A stretch of 64,000 bases of DNA, taken from positions 31,310,001 to 31,374,000 of the forward strand of contig NC_042998.1 of NCBI RefSeq assembly GCF_006345805.1, read 5' to 3'. This DNA is from Octopus sinensis (Eukaryota). A program made the position numbers and the translations under genes. Every line of letters starts with the position of its first letter. Position 1 is the first letter of the stretch. Under the pieces are notes generated by a model. The model saw only the letters and a program-made list of their open reading frames with translations. It did no database searches and was not told the DNA's origin. Positions 40,465-52,508 of the stretch are shown in pieces.

Positions 40465-41381
40465 GTAAGTATTAGCTTAGTTTCATTTTTACTTATGCTT
40501 AAGCACTGTTGGGAAAACAGTGAACCACAAAGCTCTTCAGTTAGTCATTAAAAGTTGGAAAAATGAAAGGGTTTGGTTATTTAGTAGTACACCATAATAC
40601 CATGCCTCTTGCAAATATTGTCATGCAGAGACCAACTCTGCAAGAGTAAGAAGACCACAAAGATGGTGGTTGAACAACATCAAACAATGGAGAAGTCAGG
40701 ATTAGAGTTATTTCAAAATATTACATTTGAAGTTTTGTAATGCTAAACTTATTATATATCAGTATTTTTTTGTCAGTGTTTGAAACTACCTTTACCAATT
40801 TAGCATTGTATTATCACTAACAGAACATTTTAAGACTAACATATTCTATATTTCTAATGGAATATACTTTTTCTGTCTCACTTCATTTTGAATATAATCA
40901 AGAATTTGTTAAGATTCAGAAAATTAACTTTTTCATTATGAAACTGATGTTTGGAACATAAAAGTTTTTTTTTTTTCCTGCTTAACTTGGAGGGTTAACC
41001 TTTTAACACAGTAATGCTTATGTATTCACATATACATTATCTCATAACTTTAAAATTAAACAATCACATCATGAAAATTTTCAGAGTGATACTGTTGGGT
41101 AGGTGTAATAGGCCAGATCTGACAGGTTTGAACATAAAAACAAGTAGAATATTTTTCTAAATATGGCTAGATCAAATGCTAAATAGTTGAAGTGAAATGT
41201 ACTTTAAAGCTGACAGTTCTGTATCACAGAACCAAGGTTCTATTACAATGGTCAAAGAAATTGTCATCTGTATATCATAATATTTCTTTTATTTGGAAAT
41301 TTATTTTTAAAAAATGTTAATGTTTACAGATATCTGTATATATTTTTTACATTCTACTTCCATAACTTTTATTTTTAACAG

Positions 41382-41442
41382 AATGAAGACCTCGTATATT
41401 TAGATTCAAATACTTGCTGTCCAGTTTGCAAACCTAAAAACT
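41382..41442 (+). CDS. Exon: VWC end (CCPVC)
   Basis: ttttaacAG|AAT..AAC T|GTAAGA; NEDLVYLDSNTCCPVCKPKN; phase 0 to 1. Confidence 0.9.
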
Positions 41443-41663
41443 GTAAGAGCATTCTATTTATTTATTTATTTATTAAATTTTTATCTTCCAAAATTATTCT
41501 TTAGCTATATACTTTTATCTTATCTATATTTTCTTGTCAAGTGTGTCTTTTGTAAGATGACAGCTTTACTGAACCATTTTTAAAATCTTTTCCACAATGT
41601 ATCATTATAAATGTATTTTATTCAGTTTTTATTCAACACTGAAAAATTGTTTTCATAATTGGT

Positions 41664-42003
41664 GGCACTGTTGGTTGTGACGACGAGGGTTCCAGTTGAT
41701 CTGATCAACAGAAAAGCCTGCTCATGAAATTAATGTGCAAGTGGCTGAGCACTCCACAGACACATGTACCTTTAATATAGTTCTCGAGGAGATGCAGCCT
41801 GACAGAGTGTGACAAGGCTGGCCCTTTGAAATACAGGTACAACAGAAACAGGATTAAAGGGCGAGAGCAGGGTTCGCCGCCACCCCCTGCCGGAACTTTA
41901 GGTGTTTGTGCTCAAACACTCACAATGCTCAGTCTGGGAATCTAAACTTTGATCCTTCGACCGTGAGTCCACTGCCCTAACCACTGGGCCATTGCTCCTC
42001 CAC
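41664..42003 (-). mobile_element. tRNA-derived SINE, family 3
   Basis: Reverse complement begins GTGGAGG.GCAATGGCCCAGTGGTTAG; homologous to the plus-strand copy at 63384-63742. Confidence 0.8.
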
Positions 42004-43975
42004 TTTCATTATTTAGTCAGAAATGTAACTTGAAATTGTTGTTGATAGAATTATTAGTAACATGAATCTTAATAATACTAAGACTCTAGGAATGTTTGTA
42101 TGTAGCGGAAATATCTCAGAAATAGTATATTTTATCATAATTGTTTTTGCATATATTTTCATACTTACTTTCAGTAGTGTAGTACAAATTTTTGTGACAT
42201 TTGGATCTCTATTTCATCATTATCATCATTTAATGTCCGCTTTCCATGCTAGCATGGGTTGGACAATCTTGACTGAGGGCTGGCGAACCAGATGGCTGCA
42301 CCAGGCTCCAATCTTGATTTAGAGTTTCTACAGCTGGATGCCCTTCCTGACACCAACCACTCCAAGAGTGACACCAACCACTCTGAGGAACCAGTTAGGC
42401 GGTACTGGCAATGACCTCGCTCAAATCTTTTTACACATGCCACAAGCACAGGTGCCAGTAAGGCGATGTTGGTAACGATCATGCTCAAATGGTGCCCTTT
42501 TACGTGCCACCAGCACAGTAGCCAGTTGGCTACTCTGGCAACGATCACACTCAGATGGTGCTCTTGGCACCCTACTCTATTTATCAATGAAAATGAGTAA
42601 ACATAATTTTTGTGTTTACTCATGATGTCAATACCAAATACACACACATAATGAATGTCCTAGTGTATCAATCAACACAAATACATGTCCGCTATCTATG
42701 ACATATACACACAAATAGTCTTTGCATTCTCTAAGAAAGAAAATGTTGACTTTTTGATGTATGCAATATTTTATTTTATTTAAAAATATTAACAATGTGA
42801 TTTCAAAAATATAAGTTGTTTGTACAGTAAGTATTTATATTCTAACTTTCTTGAAACAGACAATATTTTTATGTTTTTTTAAAAATTATTTTCAAGTCGT
42901 TAATTTCTGTAAAAAAATTCTTTCCTTTTGTTTTAAAGTAAAAGAGTGGAGAAAGTGAAAGATATATATACGTGTATATGAAATAAATGTATGTATGTAT
43001 GTGTGTGTGAGGAAGAGAGAGTGAAGGTGTGTGTTGTCATGTATGCATACATACATACATCAATACATGTGTGTATATCTTTTTTGTATTGTATGTGCGT
43101 GAGTGAGTGAGCGAGCGAGCAAACATGTGTGTTCTCATATATGTATAAGTGGTACTCTCTCTCAGACACACGCACACACACATCCATTTCATATACACAT
43201 TCATACAACTTTCACTTTCTTTTTCACTTTAAAACAAAAGTAGATAAATAATTTTTTACAGAAATTAATGAACAAAACCAGCTGATCTGGATGACTGTTC
43301 TGAGAGTCAAAGTGAAAGATCACTCCAAGGGAATACCATTATAAAAATTTTTTCAAGTGCATTCAATGTATCTCAGCTCCAAAGATTTGGCTGCTATTTC
43401 TAGCATGCCCTGCTACCACGTAACAGCTATTTGCGATAAAAAACCTGAAATACTTATGTGGTAGCAGCCAAGTTTTTCCTTTTCCAGGGAAAGAAGCTGT
43501 TTATGCATGATTTTGATGTCACATTTGCTGAAAGTATGTGAAATAACCCGGAAAAGAAAAAAAACCCCATAAAACAAAACTCCGTTGATTGGAAACTCAG
43601 ACTTTCCAGGTGATCCAATGGGTCACAGGTAGTCTAGTATTAATTATACCTATATTTACTTCGTTTTTGTATCTGGTTTGCAAGATTCTTTATTTGAACT
43701 CATGTTGAAGTAAATGATGTTGTGTCTGAGGAGAACCATGTTGTCTTAATGCCTCATTATCTAGCACACTTCACTGATTTGATTCCCACTCATTTTTTAT
43801 ATTTTTGTTCCAAAATTTCCATTGCTTTTGCAACCTTGTCAATGGATGTTGGTGAGTTTGTTGGTTAGATAAGGCATCATGACTCTCTCCAGACAATATA
43901 ACTATATTGTTTTTGAATTATTAAACAGTTCTCTATATTTGGGAAATTATTAAGATGTTTTTCTTTTTCATTTAG

Positions 43976-44280
43976 TTGCTCAGTGTCAATTGAAATATGA
44001 ATTTACTTATTTGGAGAATAGAACCAGCCAATGTCGCTCAACTACTCAAATAAAAGTTCCATACTGTTCGGGTAAATGTGGATTGAGTACTGTGAGGCCA
44101 GCATTACTTACAAAGAAACCAGTCGACCAATTGAATCTTTTATTTGAGAATGAATGCTTGTGTTGCAAAGGCAAAGCTTCTAAAATTAAGGAAGTCATAG
44201 CACTATGTGGTCCGGATCAAGAGAAGACAGTTATGTACTATCCACAAATTTGTAGTTGTGAATGTAGCAGATGTCAATAA
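43976..44280 (+). CDS. Terminal coding exon: C-terminal cystine knot (CTCK)
   Basis: tttttcatttAG|TT GCT CAG TGT..; C..C..YCSGKC..ECLCC..LC..ICSCECSRCQ-TAA; carries the CxGxC and CxC knot motifs of VWF/mucin/SCO-spondin CK domains. Confidence 0.93.
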
Positions 44281-45257
44281 GGTAGGTCTGCTTCAAAGAT
44301 TTAATCATTGAGTAATCAATATAGTTTTCTATGAAAATTATTTTATTTTAGGATAACTATTGAATACAATTTGTAAAAGTCATTTAAATATTTGTAAATA
44401 TAAGCTTGTTACCAGTTCAAAAATGCTTCAGACATATTTGAACCTGTGAGAAAGGTATTCACTGTATCTTGCCATGGAGAAAATTACTCACTCTAGTTAA
44501 ATGGGTATAAATACACTGAGTCAGCTTACAGTATTCTCTAACCAGGCTGTGAGATGCATGCATTTTGGAATGGTTATCTCCTCTTCAGCAACAGAAACTG
44601 GAAAGACAGGCATTGCGAACTAACACAAAAGACAGGTCTCTCTTATGATATTCCCATCATTCAATGACTGGTTCCGCTATTCAGTTTCTCACAATAATTA
44701 AAATACTGGGTGACAGCACTAAGTATACATACAAATTTAAAACCAGCTCAAATAAGCTTGAGGTATATTCAAACACATAAGAAAGCCATTTGCTGTATCT
44801 TAGTATCATATTAAGATTCCTTTAAAGTAGGTTATATTGAAATTATCTTTGTTGTTAAAAATCTCTAAGTTTGAATATAACTGACCAAAGAAATATTAAA
44901 TGCATACAAAAGTTATATTACAGAGCATTTATTTATTTTCACACACAAGAGTAATTTTTATCAATTTTTGTGCATAGCAACTATCTATGGAATACAGTTG
45001 ACCTGTTTTGGTCAATTACAATCATGGAATGAATTTGATAAGAAAAAGCAATGGGTAAATTTGATTTTCTGAATTAGATCCTGCTTACAGTATTCTCTTC
45101 AATGAGGATGAATTGATGGCGTGTGTCAGTTGACATAGCACATGGTCATCAAGGTAGAAGAGGAGGTGAGTTCGTCCCCATCTCGTGAAGACAGGGACTG
45201 ACTGGGACCCTGCTTGATGGAGGTGCCTAAGAGGACCCAGGAATATACTGACAAATA

Positions 45258-46809
45258 GTGATGTATCGAAATGGGAAGAGAAAGCTAATGAGTTGTGTTT
45301 TGTGTGTGTGTGTGTGCATGCGTGCGTGCATGCTTGTTCTGTTTTTATGTATTTATGTGTTGTGGAATATAGATAAAACGAAATTATGCCAACGATGCGT
45401 ATGTTAAACTTGAAGGAAGAACGCCTTGCATATTTGTTCTTACTTGCTTCATGTGTGTATGTAAAATCCGTAAATTTCCAAACAGAAAATGAGAACACCG
45501 AATCAGTTATGGTAGCCCATGTGTTTTTTTTTTTTAACCACTAAAGAGCAGAAATATTGCAACATGCATAGAGAAAAGGTGGGACTATATAACGCATTTT
45601 ATGAATTTCATAAAAAACATTTTTGAAGTTTAAATTTAACGGCATTTTTGAGGAAAATTTTCAAAAAATTTTTCAAAATTTGTGTGGAAAATTTTCAAAA
45701 AATTTTTCAAAAATTATGGGGAAAATGTCTAATGCATTTTATGAAATCCATAAAACTATTTCTGTTGTATCATCGCCAACTAAACTCCAACTGATATGTT
45801 GAAAATAACACACATGATGTGCCATGCATGTTGCAATATTTTGTCTTTACATGGTTTCTCAACCCTACAACCATGTTCGTGTGAAGCGTAGGGTCATTGG
45901 GGTTGACAAAACGAGCACTGTGGTTCACTGTTGAATGACCTGGCAAAGCATTATATGTCTGCCAGTTACAATCTTAGTCCCTGGCAGCAATGTCACGACA
46001 CTTCTATCCGGGACAGGAACTAACACATCTTAATATCCCATGCTCTACCATTTCAAGAACCCACTGGCCTGGCTGATAATGACCTCTGTGATATTTGCGA
46101 TGCATAAACTTTGATTTGTCTATCTCTACGACAACATCCTGTCCCCTAAATTGGGCAGGATTGTCTATGCACCATATGGCACAAATATCCTAAAAGTAAT
46201 TATACCAACTGACAATTGTTTCTGATGCGATCCCAACTTCTTTCATAACCACAGACTTTACAATCCATTTCAATCCAGTGAATTTCATAAAGTGCATTAG
46301 ACAGTATTATACTGTCAAAAATGTTTATGAAATTCATAAAACGTGTTGTATAGTCCTACCTTTTCTCCATGCATGTTGCAATATTTCTGCTCTTTAGCGG
46401 TTAAAAAAACAAACTCACATGGACTACTATAACTGATATGGCGTTCTCGTTTTCTGTTTGGAAATTTACAGATTTTACATACACGAAGCAGGGAAGAACA
46501 AATATGCAAAGATTTTTTCCTTCTTGGCATAATTTTGTTATATCTACATTCTACAATACACAAATGCATAAAAACAGAACAGGCGTACACACACACACAA
46601 ACAAACAAGAACAAACACATACACAGAGGAACAAGCACGCATTCATGCACACAGGAACACACACACAATTGAACATGCACACACACACACACTCAAGAAC
46701 AAGCGCATGCACACACACACACACACACACAAACAAGCACACACAAACAGAAACAAGCACACACTCATGCACAACTCATAAGCTTTCTCTTCCCATTTCA
46801 GTACATCAG
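45258..46809 (-). mobile_element. Merlin (IS1595/ISXO2-like) DNA transposon remnant with long TIRs
   Basis: Minus strand ~45845-46275 reads [48 protein letters not shown]. Flanks 45258-45625 and 46316-46809 are inverted copies of each other. Confidence 0.8.
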
Positions 46810-47924
46810 CTGACAGTTGACAAGACAACGCGTAGTCACAGAAACTACCAAATTGAATGGTTACAAATTTTGAGTCAAGACGAAACATCGCTTTGTCTTA
46901 CCTCAACGTAGTCTTCACTACTTTTCGGTCGTTCAGGTCTGAAAGAAAGAAAACAAAGGAAAATTGTTTTTGTTATTATAATAGAGTCACATCTGATATT
47001 TTAAGATTTTTTTTTCTTTTTCAGTTAACAAAACATATCACTGAAGCTGAACTAAAAGACAGAAGACATCAATTGTAATAAAATAACTGATTGAATAAAT
47101 TAAATACTTTTGAATCAATTTGTGAAATAAATACTTTCAAAGCAATTTGTTGCGAACAATCTTATTTTTACATTTAGCTAATTTTATCATTGCCAATGCC
47201 GTTTGTTAACCTTACATGTGCTTTGTTCTTTAAAATATTGAATTATAAGTATAATATTTTTTCAGTTTACATAGATATGGACATGGCTGTGTGCTAAGAG
47301 GCTTGCTTCCCAGCCACATGGCTCTGGGTTCAGTCCCCACTCTGTGGCACCTTTTACTTTGAGCCAACCAAAGCCATGAGTGAAGTTGTCTAGATAGAAA
47401 CCGAAAGAAGCCTGTTGTCTCACTGCTTATTTCTGCGTTCCTTTCTGTTGAAAAACATAGGCTTGAAACATAAAAGACTTTCTTACTTCTCAAGTGTTAA
47501 ACTAATACACCTGTTTGTTGTCTTCACCTTTAGTTTTTTTCATAAATTCTCAATATATATATACACTTTTACTTATTTCAGTCATCCGACTGTGGCCATG
47601 CTGGTGCACCGCCTTAGTCGAGCAAATCGACCTCGGGACTTATTCTTTGTAAGCCCAGTACTTATTTTATCGGTCTCTTTTGCCGAACCGCTAAGTGACG
47701 GGGACGTAAACACACCAGCATCGGTTGTCAAGCAATGTTAGAGGGACAAACACAGACAGACACACACACATACACGACAGGCTTCTTTCAGTTTCCGTCT
47801 ACCAAATCCACTCACAAGGCATTGGTCGGCCCGGAGCTATAGCAGAAGACACTTGCCCAAGATGCCATGCAGTGGGACTGAACCCGGAACCATGTGTTTG
47901 GTTAGCAAGCTACTTACCACACAG

Positions 47925-47962
<38 letters not shown>

Positions 47963-48098
47963 GTCAGAGTCATCACCAGTTTGTAATGATTGGCTCCTTG
48001 TTGATTTCCATTATGTAAAGATGAAAGAACAGTGATTGAAGTTGTAAAGAAAATATTTACCGTTACATTGTATATATCCATTGTATATATTTTCCAGT

Positions 48099-48268
48099 GA
48101 AAATTTAACCCAAAAATTTTTCCAAAATTTTCACCGAAAATTTCCCCCCAAAATTTTTCGAAAATTTTCACTAAAAATTTTACCCAAAAATTTTTCGAAA
48201 ATTTTCATCAAAAATTTTACCGAAAAATTTTTCGAAAATTTTACCCGAAAATTTTCCCCAAAAATTTC
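48099..48268. repeat. A4-5T3-5 tract minisatellite, 37-bp higher-order unit
   Basis: 14 AnTn tracts with junction spacings of 13,11,13,13,11,13,13,11,13,13,11,13,13 bp. Confidence 0.9.
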
Positions 48269-48271
48269 ACA

Positions 48272-49290
48272 GATGTCATCTCATAGGACGAAGAGTGCTG
48301 TCCTAGAACTGTGACAACCTCTTTTCAGCCGATAATGAAGGACTTCAACCAGTTATAGAGATCATCTCTTACACCATCGGAGAGAGTTTCACCATAAGTC
48401 TTTTGTGTGGCACAGAATTAAAAGCCTTAGCAAAGTCCAGGTAAACAGCATCCACCCAGGAGCCGCCATCAGTGATTCAGGTAATGTCCTCAAGAAACTC
48501 GATGAGTTGATTACAACAGCTGGAGTTAGGAATAAATCCAAATTATGAAGGCTGGATGAGACTGTGAGACTTCCAGAAGTTCCAGAGGGTTTCTCTGACA
48601 CAGGATTCCATCAGTTTGGCGATGCAGCTAGTAAGACTGACAGGGCAGTAGTTGACAGGCGATGTGCAGTCACCTTTTTTGAACAGAGGCATAACACTGG
48701 CAGTTTTCCACTGCTCTGGAGTAATACCATTGTCAAGACAGAATTGAAAGAATAGTGAAAGTTGGTTCAGAAGAAAGTACCTACCGTGTTTGAGAAGTAG
48801 GTATGTAACACCATCGAGACCAGGAGAGGAATAGTTAGGTTTATTCTTAAGGTGGCGTTGTAGCATTGCCGGTGTAAATTTCATAGTAGTTATAGAGTCC
48901 GGTGTCAGAGGTGAAGGGGATGGAAAATTTTGATCTTCGACAGTAAAGATGCCTGCATAGCATCCAGCAATGATTTCTGCACATTCTTTGGGATTGACAG
49001 TAATCTGGCCTGTGTGGGGATTGCGAAGGGGGCCAACTGGAGAGTGAAGTCTCTGCTTTGAATGTACATACTTCCAGAACACTTTGTCATGGCTGGTTGC
49101 TATGTGCTGTTCAAATTCAAGCACTGCCTTTTTTGTCACCTGCTTGAGATGGTTGGATGATCTATTGCGCTTTTTCCTGTTGATCTCTGATTTGTGCATT
49201 TTGTATTCCTGTTCAGCATTACGGTGTTCTTTCCTGGCAAATCTGGAACATGATTTAACATGAAATTTTACCAAAAGAGTTTTATCTTCA
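48272..49290 (-). mobile_element. CR1-like LINE ORF2 fragment
   Basis: FWKYV, SPGLDG, WKTASVMPLFKKG..VNYCPVSLTS, FGF, VDAVYLDFAKAFNSVPH, WLKSF motifs; ends at EMTS just before the expected GVPQGS motif. Confidence 0.9.
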
Positions 49291-50479
49291 TTTGACTAAG
49301 AGCGGTTTTAGGTAGGTTGGTATCAAGTGTTATGATTAATATTTTAGTCCTTGCTATGTTTATCATTGGGCTCTAAAATGTGTGCTCAAGATTAAAACTT
49401 CCTTACTTTCAACATTTAGTTTTTGCCTCAGAATTAACCCTATGTTGAGGCAAATTTACGTTTACCATGTACTCGCTTTGAATTGGATGACGAAAATATA
49501 CACAGCCCTATCTGCTGTGGTTTTGTACCTATTTGTGTACTGGTTGATGTATATATCTGCTATCACTCATGTAACAGAGACCACCGTGCAAATTTCAAGG
49601 AATCTGATAGGTTTCTTAGACTCTTTATGTAAATATTTCCAACTCAGTTCAAGACTTCACTATAATACTATAAAAGCAGCTGTTTTGGTGGTTACACCAC
49701 CATTTCCTATCACATTCGTACAAGTTCAAATTCTTTTATGTTGCCACATGATCTTATTTCCGCAATAATACCGCAGGAGCATTCTGCCCAGTAATAACAG
49801 TTTACATAAATAAACAGTGCATGCTTAAAAGCAGTTGACGTAAATACATGCTGAACTGTAGTCGTGGGCTAATTGATCTCAGCTGAGATGATTACCGTCA
49901 GTGCAACCTAGTTGCTTGATAAAAAAAATGTCATGGGGTTAAAAACAGTTATGTTTTGTGAATCACTTAGCTGCATACATTTTTCACTATATCAATTACC
50001 ATCCCTGGCTGTATGTGGTTGCTTGATCTGTAAGAAACAACCGCTAAATGTAAAATCACAGCCCGACATCCAGGGCAAAAAAAGATGCATTCTCCAATGT
50101 AGTTCTAGTTCTAGAAATATTCCTTTCTACTCTAGGCACAAGGCCTGAAATTTAGTGGGAGGGGCGTAGTCGATTTCATTGACTCCCCTGCTTGACTTGT
50201 GGCCCTTGTCATCACTTCAGTAATTATAGTTTGTAGCCTTTGTAATTCGAAATCCTTTTGTCCTTAATATTGTTTAAAACCTTATGAGTTGTCCTTTGAT
50301 AAAAAGAATTTCAAGTGTGACTACCTCATCTTCTTTGTATTGCAAAATTGTGCAATGAATCCTTTATTTAAGGTGACAGGGCATTATTTGATTTTCTTCT
50401 TTAAGTAATTGCTATTCATCATCAAAAGATTATTTGTGATTTATGAGTGGAAGTCCTTAATTACACCCAAACAGAGGTG

Positions 50480-51230
50480 ACATGGTACACATCCTACCCA
50501 CATTAAACCGTAACTAGAAATCAATTCAAATTTTCTCAAACTCTTACTGTCTTTTCAAGCAACAGTTAAAACATTTAACCAACACAACCTTGTTTTCTTC
50601 GAATGCATCATTAATTCTTTCCAAAATACACAAAACTCGGAAACCTGCCATACCTAATAACTTGATTAGAAAATACGTTATAGAAAAAAATTCTTCGCGG
50701 AATTCAGTTCTGTGCCTAGGGAAGTACACAGTATAAAAAGTTATCAGTTTTTATCATAAATTCTAGTTGTAATCTTTTTACCCCTCACAAACTAACATAA
50801 TACCTAAGTTAACCTCGTCTACCGAGTAACTAACACTGAGATCTGAATATTTTCTCAAGCAAATATTCAAAATGTAGTGAGGAATAAGAATATAACCGCC
50901 ACATCTGTAGCCACCATTAAGTTGTTTGACAAAAGCTATCTTTTCCCTTTCGTATAAATCATTAAGTTCTCATGATGATAAATATATATCGGCTAATAAA
51001 AGGCGACATAGCTTTAATTTGTTTAGATATCCTCCCCAAAAGCAATATTTGCGTTATTAATGATAAAGCTAACCATCTCCTTTAATCTACTCTTAAGTAA
51101 AACTGTTGAGGCCTAATGCGTGAGCCACCACAATTTCACATGACTGATCCATAAATCACCAACTAGCGTGAAGCTGTGGCATGATATGGCTTCTGGGATG
51201 TTCGAGAATTTACCCTCTTTCCACCCCATA
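50480..51230 (-). mobile_element. Degenerate Penelope-like RT remnant
   Basis: Broken frames give LKEMVSFII.N, MSP.LLADIYL and IPRRI.YNVFSNQVIRYGR, resembling the PLE RT thumb motif SNIP...Y.V..SQ.IRY.R; multiple frameshifts. Confidence 0.5.
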
Positions 51231-51389
51231 GAAAACGTTTACGTCTAACTCAACAGACGTCATTTGAACATATATTTATTTTCATTCATAGTTTTACGTT
51301 TTATGTCCCCGCGTGTACTGCCTTGTCTGTCCTTGTACTGCCCTCTCTGTGTTTCAGGCCTCGTGCCCAATAAAGAATTAAACTTGTAG

Positions 51390-51975
51390 TGTTATTTTAA
51401 ACACTTTATTTTACGGCAGATTTTGTTAACGTTTCCCCCTCTTGCGTGAAATGGGGAAATATAATTTTTATGGAACATTTACGCCTAGCTATTACAAGAA
51501 TGGATAAATCTCCAGTGAAAGACAGGTCCAACGAGGAACCTTGTTCAAGCAGAAGTACAGCAACCAACTTTATGAACTGTGGGAGCAGTACCGTTTTAAA
51601 AAGTATGCCAACAGGTGAAGAACTTGTAAAAGGGAAAAAAAGACGAATTTTGCAGCAGCCGCTGGTTGTAACTCGTAAGAGCCAAAACTGTGATCACGAC
51701 GAGCTAATGAAATACAATGGAGGGGAACGAAGCTAAAGTTATCCCTCTCAGCGAGACAACGCATAAAGCAATACGTTGCACCGTTATTTACAAAACGTTT
51801 TTGATGAAAACTAAACAAAAAATGGACATGGCCAGTAAATAAGCGGTAGAGTTATGTCTAAGACCAGTTTGGAACGACGTGGCATACCTTACAAGGGGAA
51901 CCAAATATGCCACGATCGAAGTGAGGTTTAAGACGGAAGAAAAAGCCAAGCTGACGTCTGCAGAATCTCTGCGCC
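51390..51975 (+). mobile_element. Truncated ORF1-type (RRM-like) retroelement copy
   Basis: MKTK..MDMASK*AVELCLRPVWNDVAYLTRGTKYATIEVRFKTEEKAK aligns by eye with MKTKWVEMASRDAFEKCLKPIWSRIE*INRWKRLGTVKVRFASEKEAK at ~56660-56800. Confidence 0.6.
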
Positions 51976-52179
51976 TATATATATATATATATAAGTAGTT
52001 GAATGAACTATCCTAGTATGGATAATTCAGTTAACCGATACCCGGGTAGCAAATTCACGTCAGAAAAACACGGTTGAAGCTACATGCCAAGGGCAGAGAT
52101 CACGTGCTTTCGTGTGGAAATTTGTGTGTTTTTTTTAATACAAATAAATGAAAGAATGGAGTTGAACGACGATTTAACA

Positions 52180-52285
52180 AAATTCTTTTATTCTCGACAT
52201 ATGTTTCGAAGACTGCATATTCCTAATTTCGAGGGAATAAGGGAGTGCATTATGCCGCCTTCTCATCAGGAAAGACAAGGAACTT
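52180..52285 (-). ncRNA. Type-I hammerhead ribozyme motif, inverted twin
   Basis: Mirror copy with intact core (TCATCAG 52263-69, TTTC 52204-07, GAC 52196-98); stem II base GAAGGC/GTCTTC. Confidence 0.78.
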
Positions 52286-52402
52286 ATGTCAGCATCATGA
52301 TGAACAAAAGCTTTTAGATGACTGCCCACACGGAGTCCATAGCGATAATGGACTCCGTGTGTGCAGTCATCTAAAAGCTTTTGTTCATCATGATGCTGAC
52401 AT

Positions 52403-52508
52403 AAGTTCCTTGTCTTTCCTGATGAGAGGGCGGCATAATGCACCCCCTTATTCCTTCGAAATTAGGAATATGCAGTCTTCGAAACATATGTCGAGAATAA
52501 AGGAATTT
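52403..52508 (+). ncRNA. Type-I hammerhead ribozyme motif (Penelope-type, palindromic stem III)
   Basis: CTGATGA 52419-25; stem II GAGGGC/GTCTTC; GAAA 52481-84; ACATATGT stem III; GTC triplet with predicted cleavage after 52492; stem I of 4 bp, a 3x3 loop and 9 bp. Confidence 0.8.

Noticed and set aside
46315-46911. Cys/Val-rich and His/Thr-rich ORFs
   Set aside because: Translations of (TG)n/(CA)n inside the Merlin TIR.
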